A stretch of 64,000 bases of DNA, from NCBI GenBank assembly GCA_040901675.1, contig JBBDYJ010000029.1, positions 32,001 to 96,000 of the forward strand, read 5' to 3'. Source of the DNA: Pirellulales bacterium (lineage in GTDB: Bacteria > Planctomycetota > Planctomycetia > Pirellulales > JAICIG01). The notes under the pieces are model-generated. The model was given only the letters and a program-made list of their open reading frames with translations. It did not search any database and had not been told where the DNA came from. This document shows positions 57,409-64,000 of this stretch, in pieces (within the stretch, counting starts at the first letter, position 1; each line of letters begins with the position of its first letter). Made by a program: the position numbers and the translations under genes.

Positions 57409-58887
57409 ATGGCGACGATCACCAAGCCCGCGCGGGCTGCCCGTCCGCAGGTCAAGCACACGGAATGTTTCATCGGCGGCAGGTGGGTGCCTGCCGCCAG
57501 CGGCAAGACGTTCGACACGATCAATCCGGCCACCGAGGAGGTGATTGCCCAGGTCGCCGAGGGGGATGCCGAAGACGTCGATGCAGCCGTGGCCGCCGCC
57601 CGCGAAGCGCTGGACAGCGGGCCCTGGGGGCGGATGGACGCCCGCGACCGGGGACGCCTGATCTACAAGCTGGCCGACCTGATGGAAGAGGAGCAGGACG
57701 AGCTGGCGGCCCTGGAAACCTTGGACAACGGCAAGCCGATCCGCGACGCGCGGGCGGCGGACCTGCCGCTGTCGATCGACTGCCTGCGGTACTACGCCGG
57801 CTTTGCCGACAAGATCCACGGCCAGACGATTCCAGTGCGTGGCAACTACTTCACGTACACCCGCCGCGAGCCGGTGGGCGTGGCGGGCCAGATCATTCCC
57901 TGGAACTTCCCGATCCTGATGGTCTGCTGGAAGTGGGCGCCGGCATTGGCCGCCGGCTGCACCGTGGTGATGAAGCCGGCCGAGCAGACGCCGCTGACCT
58001 GCCTGCGGCTGGCGCGGCTGGCCCAGAAGGCCGGCATCCCCGATGGCGTGATCAACGTGGTGCCCGGCTTCGGGCCGACGGCGGGGGCGGCGATCGTCAA
58101 GCATCCGGGCGTCGACAAGGTGGCCTTCACCGGCGAGTACAAGACGGCCCAGATCATCATGCGCGACGCCGCCAGCACGCTGAAGCGGCTCACGTTCGAG
58201 CTGGGAGGCAAGAGTCCCAACATCGTGTTTGCCGACGCCGACCTGGAAGCGGCCGCGGTCGGTTCGCACTTCGGGCTGTACTTCAACCAGGGGCAATGCT
58301 GCTGCGCCGGCAGCCGGCTGTTCGTGCAGGAGAAGGTGTACGACAAGTTCGTGGACAAGATGGTCTCGATGAACAAGTCGCGCAAGCTCGGCGATCCGCT
58401 CGACCCGGACACGGAGCAGGGGCCGCAGGTGGACAAGGACCAGTTCGACAAGATCCTCCGCTACATCGACATCGGCAAGAAGGAAGGGGCGGAGTGCCTG
58501 TCGGGCGGCAAGCGGTTCGGCGAGCGGGGCTACTACATCGAGCCGACGTTGTTCGCCGGCGTGACCGACGGGATGGCGATCGCCAAGGACGAGATCTTCG
58601 GCCCGGTGATGTCGATCCTGAAGTTCAAGGACGTCGACGAGATCGTGGACCGCGCCAACAACACCTTCTACGGCCTGGCGGCCGCCGTCTGGACCCGCGA
58701 CGTGTCCAAGGCGCATCACCTGGCGGCCAGGATCAAGGCGGGCACGGTGTGGGTGAACTGCTTCGACGTGTTCGACGCGGCCGCGCCGTTCGGCGGCTTC
58801 AAGATGTCGGGCATGGGGCGCGAGCTGGGCGAGAAGGGCCTGGACGCCTACACCGAGACCAAGACGGTGACGGTGAGCCTGGCGTAG
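57409..58887 (+). CDS. NAD-dependent aldehyde dehydrogenase (ALDH1/2-like)
   Basis: [43 protein letters not shown] after AGGAGG. Confidence 0.96.
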   Translation: MATITKPARAARPQVKHTECFIGGRWVPAASGKTFDTINPATEEVIAQVAEGDAEDVDAAVAAAREALDSGPWGRMDARDRGRLIYKLADLMEEEQDELAALETLDNGKPIRDARAADLPLSIDCLRYYAGFADKIHGQTIPVRGNYFTYTRREPVGVAGQIIPWNFPILMVCWKWAPALAAGCTVVMKPAEQTPLTCLRLARLAQKAGIPDGVINVVPGFGPTAGAAIVKHPGVDKVAFTGEYKTAQIIMRDAASTLKRLTFELGGKSPNIVFADADLEAAAVGSHFGLYFNQGQCCCAGSRLFVQEKVYDKFVDKMVSMNKSRKLGDPLDPDTEQGPQVDKDQFDKILRYIDIGKKEGAECLSGGKRFGERGYYIEPTLFAGVTDGMAIAKDEIFGPVMSILKFKDVDEIVDRANNTFYGLAAAVWTRDVSKAHHLAARIKAGTVWVNCFDVFDAAAPFGGFKMSGMGRELGEKGLDAYTETKTVTVSLA

Positions 58888-58927
58888 GGTGGGCCTCGGC
58901 GGGGAGATCGAACAACCAAGGGGCTCC

Positions 58928-58966
58928 GGGGGCTGGCGGCAAAGTCCCGGCCGGCGGGATGCTCCA
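58928..58966 (+). repeat. Degenerate REP-like family A copy with an alternative loop hairpin
   Basis: GGGGGCTGGCGGCAAAG-TCCCGGCCGGCGGGA-TGCTCCA. Confidence 0.5.
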
Positions 58967-59055
58967 TTTGTACAGGAGCGGAGACATCCCTGGCCGGTGG
59001 GAATTGGCCGGCGCGCCGGGATGCCGCGGTGTGCACGAGGGGGTAGGGACGAATC

Positions 59056-59604
59056 ATGACGACTGAAACACTGCTGACGGCCGAAGATTACTTGCGCATG
59101 CCCAGCCAGGGACAGCCGACCGAGCTGGTCCGAGGAAAGATCGTCATGATGAATCGGCCCGGTGGTCGGCACGGGAAAGTATGTGGGCGGGTATGCACGT
59201 TGGTCTCGAACTTCGTGGACGATCACGGCCTCGGCCACGTCTTCAGCAACGATTCCGGCGTGATTACCTCCCATGATCCCGACACCGTTCGCGGACCGGA
59301 CGTGTGCTTCTACAGCTACGCTCGGATGCCCAAGGACGAAGTACCGATATCCTTTCTGCCGCCTGCGCCAGAACTGGTGTTCGAGGTGCTTTCGCCGGAT
59401 GACCGTTGGAAGCACGTGCTGGCCAAAGTGGCTGAATATCTCGAAGCGGGCGTGCTTTGCGTTTGCGTAGTGGATCCCCAGCGGCAGACGGCCCGCGTCT
59501 ATTCCCCGGACTTGCCGGAGCAGGCCGTGGCATTCGATCAGGAGCTTGTGTTTCCGGCGATCCTGCCCGGCTTCGCATTGCCGTTGCGGCGGCTGTTCGA
59601 GTGA
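59056..59604 (+). CDS. Uma2-family (PD-(D/E)xK-like) endonuclease 1
   Basis: LLTAEDY, ELVRG, VRGPDV, LVFEVLSP, KVAEYLEAGV, VVDP. Confidence 0.92.
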   Translation: MTTETLLTAEDYLRMPSQGQPTELVRGKIVMMNRPGGRHGKVCGRVCTLVSNFVDDHGLGHVFSNDSGVITSHDPDTVRGPDVCFYSYARMPKDEVPISFLPPAPELVFEVLSPDDRWKHVLAKVAEYLEAGVLCVCVVDPQRQTARVYSPDLPEQAVAFDQELVFPAILPGFALPLRRLFE

Positions 59605-59638
59605 CGAGGTGTCCTCCGCTGACGAAGGGCGTTTAATC

Positions 59639-60211
59639 ATGGCGACGACCGAAACCCTGTTGACGGCCGAGGAGTACGCGAGGCTGCCCGACGCGGGCCG
59701 CCCGACCGAGTTGGTCCGGGGAAAGATCGTCATGATGAACAGGCCCGGCGTGCGGCACGGTTGGATTTGCAATCGAATTGGCCAGCTTCTAGCCAATTTT
59801 GTCTACGTTCATCGCTTGGGCCACGTTTTGAATAATGACTCGGGCGTCGTCACCCAACGAAGTCCCGATACAGTCCGTGGTGCTGACGTGGCGTTTTACA
59901 GCTACAAGCGGGTGCCCAAGGGGCCACGGCCGAAAGTCTACGCGGGCGTTGCGCCCGAACTCGTGTTCGAGGTTTCTCCGGACGACCGCCCGCGGAAGGT
60001 CCTCGAAAAAGTTACCGAGTATCTCCACGTCGGCGTGTTGTGCGTTTGCGTGGTGGATCCGAAACGAAGAATCGTGGTGATCCACTATCCTGACCGCCCG
60101 GAGCAAACGCTCGCGGCGGATGACAATCTGGAGTTCCCCGCGATTCTGCCCGGCTTCTCATGTCCCGTCCGGCATCTGTTCGAGTTGGAATCGGAGGGGG
60201 AGGAGCCATGA
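59639..60211 (+). CDS. Uma2-family endonuclease 2 (paralogue of 1)
   Basis: LLTAEEY, ELVRG, VRGADV, LVFEVSP, KVTEYLHVGV. Confidence 0.9.
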   Translation: MATTETLLTAEEYARLPDAGRPTELVRGKIVMMNRPGVRHGWICNRIGQLLANFVYVHRLGHVLNNDSGVVTQRSPDTVRGADVAFYSYKRVPKGPRPKVYAGVAPELVFEVSPDDRPRKVLEKVTEYLHVGVLCVCVVDPKRRIVVIHYPDRPEQTLAADDNLEFPAILPGFSCPVRHLFELESEGEEP

Positions 60212-60822
60212 GCATTCACGAGCCCTTGCAAGTGCCGCTGGAAACGTCGGAGCAACCGCCTTACCGTTTCTCGGTCGAGCAGTATGAGCAGATGATCGCC
60301 GGCGGTATCCTGGGCGAAAACGACCGCGTGCAACTGGTCGATGGAGCGATTATCGAGATGGCGCCGATCGGGCCGGCCCACCGGGCCGCCGTCCAGAATG
60401 CGGCGCGCAGCCTGGGGCAGTTGCTCCCAGCCGGCTGGGAATTGATGATTCAGCAGCCGCTCTCGCTCGCAACGAGCGTCCCCGAGCCCGATCTGGCGGT
60501 CGTTCGGAGCCCGGCGGCCAAGAATCCGAATCAGCACCCGGGCGGCAGCGACGTCGGGCTGGTGATCGAGGTTTCGGACACCACCTTGCGGCTCGACCGT
60601 GGCGACAAGCTGCACATTTACGCGGCCGGCGGCATCCCCGAGTACTGGATCATCAACCTCCTGAGCCGGCAGATCGAAGTGCACCGCGACCCTCTGGTGC
60701 AGCCAGGAAGTGCAACCTCCGATTACCGTCTACGGCAGCTCGTCCCGCACGGCGCTGCCGTGCCTCTCACGCTCGACGGCCGGACGCTGGGCGACATCCC
60801 GGTGGCCGACCTGCTGCCTTGA
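60208..60822 (+). CDS. Uma2-family endonuclease 3 (different subfamily)
   Basis: RFSVEQYEQM, PEPDLAV, LVIEVSDTTL, KLHIYAAGGIPEYWIINL. ATGA overlap with Uma2-2. Confidence 0.92.
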   Translation: MSIHEPLQVPLETSEQPPYRFSVEQYEQMIAGGILGENDRVQLVDGAIIEMAPIGPAHRAAVQNAARSLGQLLPAGWELMIQQPLSLATSVPEPDLAVVRSPAAKNPNQHPGGSDVGLVIEVSDTTLRLDRGDKLHIYAAGGIPEYWIINLLSRQIEVHRDPLVQPGSATSDYRLRQLVPHGAAVPLTLDGRTLGDIPVADLLP

Positions 60823-60842
60823 TCGCTTTAACCAAGCCCTCG

Positions 60843-60962
60843 GCAGTATATATACTGCGCTAGTCTGAACGGTTGGGCCCAACCAACACAAGACAGGACA
60901 GCGTAAACACTTATGTTCTTTAGCCGTCAAGCGAACATGTGGTATATATACCACACTGTTCG
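60843..60962. other. AT-rich element containing three perfect palindromes
   Basis: GCAGTATATATACTGC (60843-60858), GGTTGGGCCCAACC (60871-60884), TGTGGTATATATACCACA (60938-60955). Confidence 0.8.
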
Positions 60963-61000
60963 TTTGGGGGCAGCTCAGAGCCCGGCGCCATGGCTCGCCC

Positions 61001-61276
61001 CTACCGCTCCGCGGTCGTCGGATCGATCATGGTTTTGACTTCGGAGATGCGGTTGGCGGGGAAGCCGCCTTGCCGGGCGTGCTCTTCGATCATCTGGCTG
61101 TTCGGCGCGATGTACACGCAATAGATCTTGTCCGCCGTCACATAGCTGTGGACCCACTGAATCTGTGGGCCCAGCTTGTTCAACACCGAGCAGGATGTCT
61201 GCGAGGCGCCCTTCAATTGCTCGGCCGTCAGGTTGCCGGCGCCCGGCATGTCGCGCTCGATCACGTACTTGGGCAT
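61001..61276 (-). CDS. DUF4242 / SCO4226-like small protein
   Basis: MPKYVIER, IQWVHSYVT, KIYCVYIAP, EHARQGGFPANRISEV. Confidence 0.88.
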   Translation of the reverse strand: MPKYVIERDMPGAGNLTAEQLKGASQTSCSVLNKLGPQIQWVHSYVTADKIYCVYIAPNSQMIEEHARQGGFPANRISEVKTMIDPTTAER

Positions 61277-61338
61277 GGGAGGTCTCCTGGTTGCTAGTTG
61301 CTGGTTGCTAGTTGCTGGTTGTGACTTTCAAGGGGGGT

Positions 61339-63921
61339 TTAGCCTTTGAGCGCATCCTGCCACTCCTTGAGCCGGGCCAGCGCCTCAAGCGGCGTCAGCG
61401 AATCCAGCTCGGCCTGGCGGATCTTGTCCAAAAGCGGGTGCTCGCCGGCAAACAGCGTCAGTTGCATCTGGCCCTTGGCGCGGCCGGCGCCGCGGCGGGC
61501 CAGGCGCGGGCGGCCGCTCTCGTCGAGATGGTCGTGCTCCAGCCGTGCCAAAATCTGCTTGGCACGCTCCAACACGCTCCGCGGCACGCCGGCCAGCCGC
61601 GCCACGTGAATCCCATAGCTCTTGTCCGCTCCGCCCTCCACGATCTTGTGCAAAAACACCACGTCGTCCTGCCACTCGCGCACCGCCACGTTCAGATTCT
61701 TGACCCCGCCCAGCGAGGCCGCCAGGTCGGTCAGCTCGTGGTAGTGCGTCGCAAACAGCGTGCGGCAGCCGACCGAATCGTGCAGGTGCTCGACCACGGC
61801 CCAGGCCAGCGAGACCCCGTCGTAGGTGCTGGTGCCGCGGCCGATCTCGTCGAGAATGACCAGGCTTTTGGCCGTCGCCATATTGAGGATGCGGGCCGTC
61901 TCGATCATCTCGACCATGAACGTGCTCTGGCCGCGAACCAGCTCGTCGCTGGCGCCCACGCGGGCGAAGATGCGGTCGGCCACGCCGATCGTCGCCTCGC
62001 GAGCCGGAACAAAGCTGCCCATCTGCGCTAACAGCACGATCAGGGCCGCCTGGCGGATGTAGGTGCTCTTGCCGGCCATGTTCGGTCCGGTGATCAACAG
62101 CATGCCCGCCTCGCCGCCGCCGGCCACCACGTCGTTGGGCACGAACGAGCCCTCGGACATCTTGAGGTCGAGCACCGGATGCCGCCCGGCCGCGATCCGC
62201 AACAGCGGCTCGTCGACCACTTTGGGCCGGCAGTAGCCCCGCTCGCGGGCCAGGTGGGCCAACGACGCCAGCACGTCGATCTGCGCCAAGGCCTCGGCCG
62301 TGGCCCTCAGGCGGCGGGCGCCGGCCGCCACCAGCTCGCGCAGCTCGAGGAACAGCTCGTGCTCCAGGTCCTTGGCCGTCTGATCGGCGGCCAGCACCTT
62401 CTCTTCATGCTCCTTGAGCTCCGGGGTAATGTATCGCTCGGCGTTCTTGACCGTTTGCTTGCGGATATACGTGTCGGGGACCTTGCCGCGGTGGACGTGC
62501 GTCACCTCCAGGTAATAGCCGAACACCTGGTTGAAGCCGACCTTGAGGCTGGCGATGCCGGTCCGCTGGGCTTCCTCGGCCTGGTAACGGGCGATCCATT
62601 GCTTGCCGCCGACGGTGAGGTCGCGCAGGGCATCGAGCTTCGTGCTGAAGCCGGCCTTGATAAAACCGCCTTCGCGGCTGGTCAGCGGACACTCATCTTC
62701 CAGCGCCGCATCGAGCCTGGAGCGGATTTCAGGGCACAAGTCGATGGTGCCCTCCAGCCGCGACAGGGCCGCACTAACGCGAGCGGTGAGCCGTGCCTTC
62801 AGCATCGGCAGTATCCGCAGCGTGCGGACCAGCGAGTGCAGATCGCGCGGGCTGGCCCGCTGCGTGGTGACGCGGGCCAGCAGCCGCTCGACGTCCTGCA
62901 CGCCTTTGAGCGAGCCGCGCAGATCGTCCGCCAGGCGGGTGTCGGCCACGAGCTCGGCCACGGCGTCGAGCCGCTCGTCGATCGCCGCCGGCGAAGTGAG
63001 CGGGTTGGCCAGCCACTCGCCCAGCAGCCGCGAGCCCATGGCGGTCACCGTGCGGTCCAGCACATCGAGCAGCGAACCGTCGCGGCGGCCGTCGCGCAGC
63101 GTGCGGCTGATTTCCAGGCTGCGGCGGGTCGCCTCGTCGATCTCCAGCGTGTCGCCCGGGCGGTAAGGGAGCAATCGGTCGATGTGTGCAAGCGACGTCT
63201 TTTGCGTTTCGGCCAGGTACTCCAGCACGGCGCCCGCGGCCCGGATGGCCGGCACGTCGGCGTCTGCAAAGCCGAAGCCCTCGAGCGTCTGGGTGCCAAA
63301 ATGCCGTGCCAGCGCTTCGCGGGCAGCATTGTGCGAAAAGACCCAGGCTGGGCGGCGCGTAATGAGCATCTCGCCGTTGGGCGGAGTGTCGGCACCATCG
63401 CTTGTGTCGGCCACCAGGCACTCCACCGGCCCGATCCGCGCCAGCTCGTCGCCCAGGCGATCGGCCGGCACCTGCGAAGCCTGGAAGCGGCCGGTGGATA
63501 GATCGACCCAGGCCAGTCCGGCCGTCGGCCCGTGCACCAGCGCGGCCAGGAAGTTGCTCTCGCGCGGGTCGAGCAAGGCATCGTCGGTGACCGTGCCGGC
63601 GGTGACCACGCGGGTCACTTCGCGCCGCACCAGCCCCTTGGCCTGTTTGGGATCTTCGACCTGCTCGCAGACGGCCGCCCGGAATCCGGCGGCAATCAGT
63701 TTGCCCAGGTAGCTCTCCAACTGGTGGTGGGGAAACCCCGCCATGGGGATCGGGTTTTCCCCCTTGTCGCGGCTGGTCAGCGCCAGGCCCAGCACGCGGG
63801 CCGCCACTTTGGCATCGTCGTGGAACATCTCGTAGAAGTCGCCCATGCGGAACAGCAGCAGGGCATCCGGGCAGGCTGCCTTGGCGTCCTGATACTGCTG
63901 CATCATGGGTGTGACGGCCAT
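61339..63921 (-). CDS. mutS: DNA mismatch repair protein MutS
   Basis: TPMMQQY, GDFYE, GPNMAGKSTY, STFMVEM, DEIGRGT, SYGIHVA; QLTLF clamp motif. Confidence 0.97.
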   Translation of the reverse strand: MAVTPMMQQYQDAKAACPDALLLFRMGDFYEMFHDDAKVAARVLGLALTSRDKGENPIPMAGFPHHQLESYLGKLIAAGFRAAVCEQVEDPKQAKGLVRREVTRVVTAGTVTDDALLDPRESNFLAALVHGPTAGLAWVDLSTGRFQASQVPADRLGDELARIGPVECLVADTSDGADTPPNGEMLITRRPAWVFSHNAAREALARHFGTQTLEGFGFADADVPAIRAAGAVLEYLAETQKTSLAHIDRLLPYRPGDTLEIDEATRRSLEISRTLRDGRRDGSLLDVLDRTVTAMGSRLLGEWLANPLTSPAAIDERLDAVAELVADTRLADDLRGSLKGVQDVERLLARVTTQRASPRDLHSLVRTLRILPMLKARLTARVSAALSRLEGTIDLCPEIRSRLDAALEDECPLTSREGGFIKAGFSTKLDALRDLTVGGKQWIARYQAEEAQRTGIASLKVGFNQVFGYYLEVTHVHRGKVPDTYIRKQTVKNAERYITPELKEHEEKVLAADQTAKDLEHELFLELRELVAAGARRLRATAEALAQIDVLASLAHLARERGYCRPKVVDEPLLRIAAGRHPVLDLKMSEGSFVPNDVVAGGGEAGMLLITGPNMAGKSTYIRQAALIVLLAQMGSFVPAREATIGVADRIFARVGASDELVRGQSTFMVEMIETARILNMATAKSLVILDEIGRGTSTYDGVSLAWAVVEHLHDSVGCRTLFATHYHELTDLAASLGGVKNLNVAVREWQDDVVFLHKIVEGGADKSYGIHVARLAGVPRSVLERAKQILARLEHDHLDESGRPRLARRGAGRAKGQMQLTLFAGEHPLLDKIRQAELDSLTPLEALARLKEWQDALKG

Positions 63922-64000
63922 GGCCGCGATGCTAGCAGATGGCATGGCCGGCCGAAAGACGCGGCTGCGCGGCGGCCCGTCGAATGAGCGGCCGAGAGTC

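Noticed and set aside
60895..60925. dif-like site (GCGTAA-ACAC-TTATGTT)
   Set aside because: The central spacer is 4 bp instead of 6 and the XerD arm (TTATGTTCTTT) departs from TTATGTTAAAT.

Overview
High-GC bacterial chromosomal segment, very probably Planctomycetota (Pirellulales-like). The basis is the DUF1549/DUF1553 plus DUF1501 pair, Tat-exported Gfo/Idh/MocA proteins, DUF1080, a GSDH-cytochrome c fusion and tandem Uma2 genes. I call about 50 protein genes, RNase P RNA (rnpB) and one tRNA-Met(CAT). Recognisable modules are a YhaO/YhaN (Mre11/Rad50-like) pair, a flippase-GT2-polytopic membrane protein glycosylation triad, FHA-rsgA-hflX-SDR, an imuA-imuB-dnaE2 mutasome cassette, two tandem ANTAR response regulators, a xanthine-dehydrogenase-family molybdoenzyme operon with moaD divergent from an aldehyde dehydrogenase, three Uma2 genes and mutS. 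I see no CRISPR array, integrase, transposase or prophage. Observations most worth following up: (1) a REP-like hairpin family whose loop carries different nested hairpins and which forms three in-frame 57-bp copies at the 5' end of imuA; (2) a 59-bp duplication of the moaD 3' end bracketing a lower-GC LRR gene; (3) an Mre11-like protein that has lost three metal-binding motifs, paired with a membrane-anchored Rad50-like ATPase bearing a long acidic tail; (4) an ImuB with an apparent N-terminal deletion; (5) an AT-rich triple-palindrome element between convergent genes; (6) 7/8-mer tandem repeats sitting on the stop codons of unrelated genes; (7) several orphan antitoxin-like genes. All calls come from motif recognition by eye. 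No database search or computation was run, start codons are best guesses, and novelty is unverified.
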